A DNA stretch of 64,000 nucleotides, from the IMG/VR virus record IMGVR_UViG_3300035703_000061, positions 10,486 to 74,485 of that record; one strand, 5' to 3'. The translations under genes and the position numbers were made by a program. Each line of letters starts with the position of its first letter. Position 1 is the stretch's first letter. The notes under the pieces are model-generated. The model ran no database searches. It was not told the DNA's origin and saw nothing but the letters and a program-made list of their open reading frames with translations. This DNA is from a virus. Positions 8,756 to 16,147 of the stretch are shown piece after piece.

Positions 8756-9487
8756 ATGGCAGTTCAAGATTATTTTTCGGCAGTTGCTCGCAAGCGCCCT
8801 TGGCAGGCAGTGCCTGTTACTAAAGGGGAATTTGTCAATGGCTCGGAAGAGACCATTTTTCGTGCATTGGCCATTCGTCATCTTGAGCTTCCCGTGAAGG
8901 ACATGCTGATGGAAGGACTGGAGCGCGAGCTTCCCAATACGCCTGGTCTTATTGAAAGCATTCACAGCAACATTCTGGACGAAGAGCGTCATGATCTTGC
9001 CTTGAATTATGTCACGGCTGCTCATGGCGTTGATGAACAGGCGGAAAAGGAGGCTATGAAGATTCGCCAAGCATGGATTGATCACCCCGCCCATCCCATT
9101 GCAAAAGTGGCAGTGCTTGAGCGGAGCCTGTTCTTTACTATTCTGCCTTTCTTTCGTTTCAATGGAGATAAGGGGCTGCGTACTGTGGCAACGGACATTT
9201 CTCGCGACGAGATCTGTCACGCTTATTGCCACACCAAAATCTGCGAAGAAGCTGGAGAGAAATATGGCGAAAGCTTGAATAAACTGCGCAAGATGACGGC
9301 GCTATGGATTTATGACAAGCTTGGCGCGTCGTCTAATAAATATCTTGATAAAGATTTTTGGCTGCGCCAGAGTGATGCGTTGTTTATTAATGGCAGGGCT
9401 CCTGAGCTGAATGAAACCAGAGCCAGCACGGTTCCGGCGTTCTTTGAAACGAATGCGCTAAATTTGCCTGCCTATGGCAAAGCTTGA
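8756..9487 (+). CDS. nrdB: ribonucleotide reductase beta subunit (ferritin-like)
   Basis: Di-metal motifs HLELP, DEERH, LERSLFF, DEICH; directly downstream of the alpha subunit. Confidence 0.82.
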   Translation: MAVQDYFSAVARKRPWQAVPVTKGEFVNGSEETIFRALAIRHLELPVKDMLMEGLERELPNTPGLIESIHSNILDEERHDLALNYVTAAHGVDEQAEKEAMKIRQAWIDHPAHPIAKVAVLERSLFFTILPFFRFNGDKGLRTVATDISRDEICHAYCHTKICEEAGEKYGESLNKLRKMTALWIYDKLGASSNKYLDKDFWLRQSDALFINGRAPELNETRASTVPAFFETNALNLPAYGKA

Positions 9488-9499
9488 TGCTATATTGAC

Positions 9500-9962
9500 A
9501 AAGTTCCCGCTCTGCGTTAGCATCGGGCAGACAGAGCTTAAGCCTCTGAAGCGATTAGCGCTTGTTAATCGCTTCACGCTTAAGCCATTACAGCGGTCGG
9601 CGATCACCGTCATGCGTTCTTCGGATCGCCCGAATGAAAACGAGGCAAATCCCAAAGGTTCGTCCTGTCGGGGGTCGGATGGTAACCGACAAAACCTCCC
9701 TCCATTGCTTTGTCAGTGGAGAGCAGCGCACGGACTGGAAATTTCTGGTCGCCGCGTTTGCGTGATTCGCCCCCAAGCTTAGCTCTCAGACGGAAACCAA
9801 TTTGTTGGCGCCAGCAAAATGGTTTCTAGAGATGATGCTCAAACAGGGGGCTCTTGGCCCTGAAGTGTTGGCACACGTTAGGCACCAGCAGCTTCGCTGC
9901 GTACGAATGGCCGAATGGCCATTCTGAGCCTAGAATTCCGTGGTTCGATTCCCGGCAGCGTC
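9500..9962 (+). ncRNA. candidate large structured ncRNA ending in a tRNA-like domain
   Basis: Extended -10 TGCTATATT at 9488; eight or more strong hairpins; closing helix AGCATC/GATGCT; loop-loop complementarity; T-loop GGTTCGATTCC at 9942. Confidence 0.65.
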
Positions 9963-9968
9963 TTTTCC

Positions 9969-10169
9969 ATGGCTCGTTATCGCATCGTCAAACGCGGAGG
10001 TTTAGCGAATCCAACCAAGGCTTATTACGACGTAGAAGAGCAAGTCTTATGCTTTTGGTTTTGGCAAAATACGTTTACGAAGCTTGAAAGTGCAGAAGCA
10101 TTAGTAAAAGATCTGCAAGCGCAAGATAGGCGAATTAAAAGGCAAGTGGTTGGGGAGTATGAAGAATGA
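9969..10169 (+). CDS. hypothetical protein
   Basis: ATG at 9969 (MARYRIVKR...), ATGA-coupled to the next gene. Confidence 0.65.
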   Translation: MARYRIVKRGGLANPTKAYYDVEEQVLCFWFWQNTFTKLESAEALVKDLQAQDRRIKRQVVGEYEE

Positions 10170-10726
10170 GCGCCTTCGTCATCGCAGATACGCATTTTGG
10201 CCACGCCAAAAGCATTTCTTTCGTGCGTCCTGATGGCGAATTGCTGCGTCCATTTTCTTCCGTAGAAGAAATGGACGAAACAATGGTGAAACGATGGAAT
10301 AAGAAAGTAGGCAAGCGTGATACGATTTACCATCTTGGTGACGTAGTAATTCCTCGTGCAAGTTTGAAAATCCTTGATCGTCTTAATGGACGCAAGATTC
10401 TCATTCGCGGGAATCATGATATTGGACCATTGAAAGATTTTTCTAAATACTTTGAAGACGTGAGGGGAGCGTTCTTTCATAATGGCGATTCAACCATGAA
10501 AGGAGGATTAATTTTCACCCATATTCCAGTGCATCCAGCATGTCTGTCAGGGCATTATCTGGGCAATGTTCATGGTCATTTGCATTGCCACCAAGTTTTT
10601 AATGAAAAAGGAGAAATTGATAAGCGTTATTACAATGCTTGTGTGGAAAGGAATGATTTCGCTCCAGTAGCATTTGAAGAGATAAAAGCCTTCTTTAAGG
10701 GCCATGACGGAACGCAGGACTTTTAA
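10166..10726 (+). CDS. calcineurin-like metallophosphoesterase
   Basis: ADTHFGH, HLGDV, RGNHD, FTHIP, HGHLH motifs. Confidence 0.92.
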   Translation: MSAFVIADTHFGHAKSISFVRPDGELLRPFSSVEEMDETMVKRWNKKVGKRDTIYHLGDVVIPRASLKILDRLNGRKILIRGNHDIGPLKDFSKYFEDVRGAFFHNGDSTMKGGLIFTHIPVHPACLSGHYLGNVHGHLHCHQVFNEKGEIDKRYYNACVERNDFAPVAFEEIKAFFKGHDGTQDF

Positions 10727-10928
10727 CACGCCCCTGCGTGAGCCTCTTAATCCCATTATCTACCAATCCTTGCGAGCCATTGATTGGCACAACGCTCAAT
10801 ATTTTCTCACCATGGACCAGTGGCATCTTGAAAAAGCTGCCATCATTAGGCAGTACGTTAGAGAGCTAAAGGCTTGGATTTATGAGCAGGAAGAACGCAT
10901 GGAGAATCTGGGCAAAGGCTCTGGGTGA
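10704..10928 (+). CDS. hypothetical cyanophage protein
   Basis: FNTPLREPLNPIIYQSLRAIDWHN ORF in the operon. Confidence 0.65.
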   Translation: MTERRTFNTPLREPLNPIIYQSLRAIDWHNAQYFLTMDQWHLEKAAIIRQYVRELKAWIYEQEERMENLGKGSG

Positions 10929-11166
10929 GAAGGCGAGTAAGCATGATCACGAAGCAGACAAAGTGGCGCTCATCCGCACGTTCATCTTTGCATCGTATTT
11001 AATCACCAACATTGCCATCGTTGCTAACGCTTGGCGCCATTGGGAGAAGCAGCCATCTGCTTGCGAACAAGCATTAAAAAGGGGGAGCTTAAGCCCCCAA
11101 TGCCCTCGGTGGGATTTGAACCCACATGAAGAAAATTCTTCTACGGATTTTAAGTCCGTTGCATAA
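10882..11166 (+). CDS. small membrane protein (WRIWAKALGEKA type)
   Basis: One hydrophobic helix; 3' end runs antisense into the tRNA. Confidence 0.6.
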   Translation: MSRKNAWRIWAKALGEKASKHDHEADKVALIRTFIFASYLITNIAIVANAWRHWEKQPSACEQALKRGSLSPQCPRWDLNPHEENSSTDFKSVA

Positions 11167-11186
11167 ACCAGTTCTGCTACGAGGGC
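11101..11186 (-). tRNA. trnL: tRNA-Leu(UAA), no encoded CCA
   Basis: GCCCTCG/CGAGGGC acceptor stem, ACGGA-CTTAAAA-TCCGT anticodon arm, long variable arm, GTGGG-TTCAAAT-CCCAC T-arm, discriminator A. Confidence 0.95.
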
Positions 11187-11348
11187 TCATGAGCAAAAGG
11201 GGCGTCGAGCGGGGCTTCAATCCGCCTTGTACGACATTTCAAAACGGGTTGGCCCGTTTCCCCCTTTCCCCTGGTACAGAACAATGGCGCCTGAAACCAT
11301 TGTTCCTTATTGAACTAACGCTGGCCAGCGTGCTTCGCGAAAGCTTCA
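11187..11348 (-). ncRNA. candidate structured ncRNA/leader immediately upstream of tRNA-Leu
   Basis: -10-like GCTATGCT at 11351-11358; several stems; TTCAAT/ATTGAA pseudoknot complementarity. Confidence 0.6.
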
Positions 11349-11372
11349 AAAGCATAGCATGGCTTTCGCTAC

Positions 11373-11639
11373 TCAAACGTCATATTCTCTACAGGATTGG
11401 TCTTCGGGATGAGCACGGCAGTAGTCGTCAAAATTTTCTTCACCATCGTGCATCACCTGCTCTAGCAATGTGATTTGCTTTAGGCGCTTGACGTGGGCTT
11501 GGAGCTTTGGAAGGAGAGTGGGGATGTAGAGATGTTCGGCTGCGAGGAGTTGAAGGGCGGTTTGTCTATTGGAGCTGCCACATTCAAGCAATGACACAAG
11601 AAACTGCGCCTCTTGCATAGTTAATTCGCTGTTCTTCAT
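11373..11639 (-). CDS. protein with CP12-like C-terminal Cys pair
   Basis: Ends FDDYCRAHPEDQSCREYDV (C-x8-C-x2-YD). Confidence 0.7.
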   Translation of the reverse strand: MKNSELTMQEAQFLVSLLECGSSNRQTALQLLAAEHLYIPTLLPKLQAHVKRLKQITLLEQVMHDGEENFDDYCRAHPEDQSCREYDV

Positions 11640-11670
11640 TTCATAGGAGAACTATTGTTTGAAAATCATA

Positions 11671-13038
11671 CTAGGAGATGAGGCTTTCAATCCAGCCAAT
11701 ATCATCATCTTTGCTGGCAGCAAGAATGGCGCCTGCCATTGCAAACGCTAAGTCGTCAATTCCTGATGCTTTGCCGCCAGTAACGCTCCATTGCCCACTT
11801 GGTTTATAGACGACTGTTAGATTCTTGAGCTGCATAATTGCCTTCTCATGACGATAGACATTGATCTGTCCTGCATTAAATAGTTCTCGCATCTTGCTAA
11901 ATGCTTTCATCTTGGAACTAACGGTCCAAGTGAGTTCAGTGATGGGCAAATCACTGGCAAGGCTTTGAATGGTGCCAGCGCTATTGAACTGGTCCATCAC
12001 AATGGTGTCGAAAACGTACAGGCGATGTTGTTCCTTAATCCAATCTTCCACTGCATTGATATTCACTTCCATTCTTCCATTGATTTCAAAATCAGCCATG
12101 AACGAATGGAACTTATCAACGACTAACGTGCCATTTTCATAGTGAACAATACAAGCAGTGTAGTCGTCACGACCAACGCCACCACGGGCGGGGTCCAGGG
12201 CAAGTACATAGGCCCCTTGGAATTCAGGGCGTGGTGGTAGAGCTGCCCTGCGATCATCAATACAGGCGTCAATAACATCGCTTGCAACGAGGGCTGAAAG
12301 ATTGCTTGCGAATTGCGCCCCATACTCAACTTTAAATTTCTCCGGGTCACGTTGTCTCTCTGTGTCAAGAAACTCTTGCGAAATGCTTGGGTTCATCTCC
12401 CATGTTGGGAGATTCACCGCTTGCATGAAAGGGAAACGGCCGGAGCTTGCTTCTTTGAAATGCTGATAGAAGATGCCGTCTGTTAGCCATGGTGAGGAGA
12501 GTTCAAGGATGCGTCCTTTCCCTCCGAACTGAGCAATAGCAGGAGAAAGTGCGTCGTAAATGCCACGACCACCACTGTTTGCATCGCCTTCAGTGGCAAA
12601 GGCAAGCTCGTCAAATACTGCGCCTGCGCAGGCAAGGCCACGAGCGGCACGGCCTGAAGTGGGGATGGCCTTGAATACGCAGTTGTTGCTCAGTTCAATG
12701 ATGTCGGCGGTTTCGCGGACAATTTCTTGAGCGAAAGGGCTATCAAGAATGAGCTGGCGAATGTTGTTGAGAGCAATGCGAGCCTGGTCCTGACTGTTTG
12801 CTACGGTCACGATGTACCATTTTTCGCCTTTCCTTACGCGCCTGCGATATTCGTCTTCCAAGACGAAGCACATATAGACGCAGGCCACGGCTGCCATGAC
12901 AGTTTTGCCTGATCGTCGTCCAAGTGCCCACACTGCATGACTCTTATCTGGTTGGAAGAAGGTGTCAAGGATTTTTGCCTGCTGTGGATAGAGATCCAGC
13001 TTGAGAGCGTGTTTAGAAAAGTCAGAACATTTCAGCAT
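11671..13038 (-). CDS. terL: terminase large subunit
   Basis: LYPQQ, GRRSGKT (Walker A), VFDE (Walker B), SSP, LALDPA and DDLAFA nuclease motifs. Confidence 0.93.
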   Translation of the reverse strand: MLKCSDFSKHALKLDLYPQQAKILDTFFQPDKSHAVWALGRRSGKTVMAAVACVYMCFVLEDEYRRRVRKGEKWYIVTVANSQDQARIALNNIRQLILDSPFAQEIVRETADIIELSNNCVFKAIPTSGRAARGLACAGAVFDELAFATEGDANSGGRGIYDALSPAIAQFGGKGRILELSSPWLTDGIFYQHFKEASSGRFPFMQAVNLPTWEMNPSISQEFLDTERQRDPEKFKVEYGAQFASNLSALVASDVIDACIDDRRAALPPRPEFQGAYVLALDPARGGVGRDDYTACIVHYENGTLVVDKFHSFMADFEINGRMEVNINAVEDWIKEQHRLYVFDTIVMDQFNSAGTIQSLASDLPITELTWTVSSKMKAFSKMRELFNAGQINVYRHEKAIMQLKNLTVVYKPSGQWSVTGGKASGIDDLAFAMAGAILAASKDDDIGWIESLIS

Positions 13039-13537
13039 GGCGCAAATCTATAAGAGGAAGCAATGCAGTTTGAGGAACGAAATAAGCTGGTCTTCCGCCT
13101 GCAGGATCTTTCTTCCATTGTTCCTTCATGGCATCTTCACTCTTCATCCAACCATGGAGAAGAGTGATTTTGTTTTGAATTGTAACCAGCACTAAAGTTT
13201 TTCCGGGCTTCTCGTCTAGTTGGCAGATGAGATCGTAGTCATGACGAGAGCGTGTTTTTACGTCGATGTTGGGAGGTAGATCAAAAGATCCGCGAATGGC
13301 TTCTGTTTCTTGATAGAGAAACTCCCGTAGATGGAGATAATCTGCCACTGCTAGTTCGCCAGCGGCACCAAGCTTGTGAGCGAAAAGAGCCTTCTCCCCC
13401 TCTTTCGGTCCTCCATTGCGTCCTTTTAGGCCTTTTCTTTCGTTGAAACGCTGCCTGCGCATGGCTTCTGCCCGCACAAGCTCCTTGTCTTCCTCGCTGA
13501 AATGGAAAACAATGCCAAAGCTGGCCATAGTGTGCAT
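13022..13537 (-). CDS. hypothetical protein, possible PD-(D/E)XK fold
   Basis: GAAGELAVADYL..FDLPPNIDVKTR; overlaps the terL start. Confidence 0.6.
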   Translation of the reverse strand: MHTMASFGIVFHFSEEDKELVRAEAMRRQRFNERKGLKGRNGGPKEGEKALFAHKLGAAGELAVADYLHLREFLYQETEAIRGSFDLPPNIDVKTRSRHDYDLICQLDEKPGKTLVLVTIQNKITLLHGWMKSEDAMKEQWKKDPAGGRPAYFVPQTALLPLIDLRHAEMF

Positions 13538-13603
13538 AAGCTACGTGACAATGTAGCCGGGTTCTAGAATAAAAGCAACACATCATGACCATAAATAAAG
13601 CTT

Positions 13604-15478
13604 ATGGAAAGCGACGCAATTGATCTTGGTCACGTTGGTAGTGGCGGAGTGAGAGCTGATGGACTCACAAACGTGCTCATTGGTATGGGCACTGGCCGTG
13701 ATAAGGCGCAATATACTAAAACTACAGCCACAGTATTCCTAGCGCAAGAAGAACTAGAAAATCTTTATGGTGAATGGCTTCCTCGTCGCATTGTTGATAT
13801 TTATGCTGACCAAGCCACTCGCAAAGGCTTCAAGGTATTGTTTGGTGGCGATGGCGTTAAAGCCGAAGAAGTGCAAGGAATTGAGCAAGTAATTGAAGAC
13901 CTCTACATCCTCGAACATCTCAACCTCGCAGCGAAGAACGCCCGCCTTTATGGGGGTGCTTGTCTACTTCTTTTTATTGACGATGGGCGTCCCGCTTACA
14001 TGCCTGTCGATAAACGGAATATCCGTCGCATCGAAGACATTGAGTGCTTGGACCGATGGCAAATTGCGCCCGTTATTAACGAAGAAAACTTATACGACTA
14101 TTCAAAAGCCACTTATTATCAGATCATCTCTGGAGATTTGATTAACCAGCCGCAGCTTACTTATATTCACAAGGATAGGATTTTGCGTTTTGATGGCGAT
14201 TGGCTGCCATATCGCGTTAGGCAAAGGAACTATGGATGGGGCATGAGCAGTTTGCAAACTGTTTATGACAGCTTCAGGCATTATTGGACTGGCTTAAATT
14301 CGGCAGCAACGCTTCTCACTGAATTTGACATCTTTGTTCATAAAGTAAGGGGCCTTGCGGCAATGCTTGCTGCTGGCAAAGAAAGCTCCATTCGTGACCG
14401 CTTGCAAGTGAATGATATGAGCAAGAGCATCTATCGCGGCTACGCGATTGATGCGGAGAAAGAAGAGCTTGAATTCATTAGCCGCAACTTTGGCGGCATT
14501 GGAGAAATCCTAGAAAAGCTGCGCGTTGATATTATTGGTGCCAGTAAGATTCCTCATACAGTGTTGTTTGGCGAAAGTCCGAGCGGGCTTGGCTCCACTG
14601 GCCGCAGTGAAGAGCGTGATTTCGCCAAAACTCTTGCTGATTATCAAAGTGTTCATTTCAAGCGGCCCATCAAGAAGCTGATGGAAATGATCATGCTTAG
14701 TAAGGAAGGCCCTACAAAGGGGGAGCTTCCTGAATCGTGGCGCATTTCTTTCAATCCATTGTTCGAGCTTAATGAACGCGAAATGGCCGACGTACGGGCG
14801 CGTGTGGCGGCCGTAGACGGTCGTTACATCCAACTGGGTGTACTGAGTCCTAAGGAAGTGGCAGATGCCCGCTATGGCGGTTCTGAGTGGAGCATGGAAC
14901 TCACCTTGGATCCGTCCGTAGTGCGGGAACTTCCTGCTCAAGCTGGGGGTGGTTCCACTCAGAAAGGGGGTGACGGAAAAATGGCGGTGCCTCCTGGCGG
15001 TCGTGATCCCATGAACGAAGAAAATGGCACGCTTCCTATGGATGGCAGCCGTGAAGTGCAAGATGCTGCCGGGCTTTATTTGTCCCGAGATCTTGAGAAA
15101 GTGCGAGGCGAAGAAAAAGAAGATGCAGAATTTAAAGATAAAGAGCTGCACAAGCAAGCAGTGGCAGCAGCAAAGGCGAAGTTCAAAGTGTGGCCGAGTG
15201 CAGTTGCTGGGGCTTATGTCACACAAAAGTACAAGGCTTTATACAAGCGCAAGCATGGCTCTATGCAAGGGGCTTTTAGTGGCAAAAAAGAGCAGGCGGA
15301 GTATTTCAAAAAAGATGGAATGGAGCCAATGAAAGTGGAAGGCCTCATCCTTTCCGACCTTGACGAAGCTGCATTAATTAGTGCTGAGGATATTGACGCT
15401 GCATTGAATCAATGGAAGGAGGAAGCACCAGATCGTTTTAAGGATATTCTGGAGGCTGAAGATGCAAGGCCTGAATGA
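13604..15478 (+). CDS. portal protein (DUF1073-type) with C-terminal extension
   Basis: DGLTNVLIGMGT, RRIVDIYADQATRKG, ARLYGG, IHKDRIL, WGMS, IPHTVLFGESPSG, FNPLF; position in the head module. Confidence 0.88.
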   Translation: MESDAIDLGHVGSGGVRADGLTNVLIGMGTGRDKAQYTKTTATVFLAQEELENLYGEWLPRRIVDIYADQATRKGFKVLFGGDGVKAEEVQGIEQVIEDLYILEHLNLAAKNARLYGGACLLLFIDDGRPAYMPVDKRNIRRIEDIECLDRWQIAPVINEENLYDYSKATYYQIISGDLINQPQLTYIHKDRILRFDGDWLPYRVRQRNYGWGMSSLQTVYDSFRHYWTGLNSAATLLTEFDIFVHKVRGLAAMLAAGKESSIRDRLQVNDMSKSIYRGYAIDAEKEELEFISRNFGGIGEILEKLRVDIIGASKIPHTVLFGESPSGLGSTGRSEERDFAKTLADYQSVHFKRPIKKLMEMIMLSKEGPTKGELPESWRISFNPLFELNEREMADVRARVAAVDGRYIQLGVLSPKEVADARYGGSEWSMELTLDPSVVRELPAQAGGGSTQKGGDGKMAVPPGGRDPMNEENGTLPMDGSREVQDAAGLYLSRDLEKVRGEEKEDAEFKDKELHKQAVAAAKAKFKVWPSAVAGAYVTQKYKALYKRKHGSMQGAFSGKKEQAEYFKKDGMEPMKVEGLILSDLDEAALISAEDIDAALNQWKEEAPDRFKDILEAEDARPE

Positions 15479-16145
15479 TTTATCAACGTTCGCTGCCGCT
15501 CTTGAACAGCGTCTTGACCAATCCTCATGGCGCTACGATCCCGTTAGTAGCCGTTATCGCGGAAGCAATGGACGGTTCCTCAGTCAGTCTGCCGTGGAAG
15601 CTTTGGTTGATGGTCGAATTAACAAGCTTGGCGCTTTGCTACGTCGTCTTACAAACATGCTTAGTAGCGGCGACATTACGTTGGTTCAATGGCAAGAAAG
15701 CGTAAGAGAAGCGCTTAAGCTTGCGCATGTACAAGCAGCGATCATTGGCAATGGTGGACGAGATACGATGCAAGCTTCAGACTGGGGTCGCATCGGTCAG
15801 CGCCTTCGTGCGGAATATCGTTATTTGGAGGGTTTTGCTCGCGATCTTTTGGCTGGGAGCATTTCTGCTCCCATGGCTCTTGCTCGCATCGGCATGTACG
15901 CTCAAGCTGTCAGAGGTTCTTACTGGGAAGGCACCACAATTCGACAGGAGAAGCAAGGGTATAGCTTGATGCGACGCATCCTGGATCCGCAGGCAAAGCA
16001 TTGTGACGACTGCTTGCGCTATGCAGGGCGAGGGGCTGTTCCCATTGGAAGTCTGCCCATGCCAGGCCAGCGGTGTGCTTGTATGTCCAATTGCAAATGC
16101 AGCGTAAAATACATGCGTCAACAAGCGCCAGTCGTGGCAGTGTGA
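15462..16145 (+). CDS. minor head/head morphogenesis protein (Mu gpF-like)
   Basis: Follows the portal; C-terminal HCDDC..PMPG..C..NCKC. Confidence 0.7.
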   Translation: MQGLNDLSTFAAALEQRLDQSSWRYDPVSSRYRGSNGRFLSQSAVEALVDGRINKLGALLRRLTNMLSSGDITLVQWQESVREALKLAHVQAAIIGNGGRDTMQASDWGRIGQRLRAEYRYLEGFARDLLAGSISAPMALARIGMYAQAVRGSYWEGTTIRQEKQGYSLMRRILDPQAKHCDDCLRYAGRGAVPIGSLPMPGQRCACMSNCKCSVKYMRQQAPVVAV

Positions 16146-16147
16146 GC

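Noticed and set aside
9474-9782. ORFs overlapping the structured region
   Set aside because: Several short overlapping frames on both strands with no protein-like motifs
9500-9962. tmRNA, RNase P RNA, or group I/II intron
   Set aside because: No Ala-type acceptor or tag ORF, no GAGGAAAGUCC, no GUGYG start or domain V, and the flanking genes are complete
9895-9962. Functional decoding tRNA
   Set aside because: Short acceptor stem, bulged T-stem and no 7 nt anticodon loop; kept only as a tRNA-like module
13604-15478. Anti-CBASS Acb1 function sometimes attached to this family name
   Set aside because: No 2H phosphoesterase HxT motif pair seen; motifs and position indicate a portal
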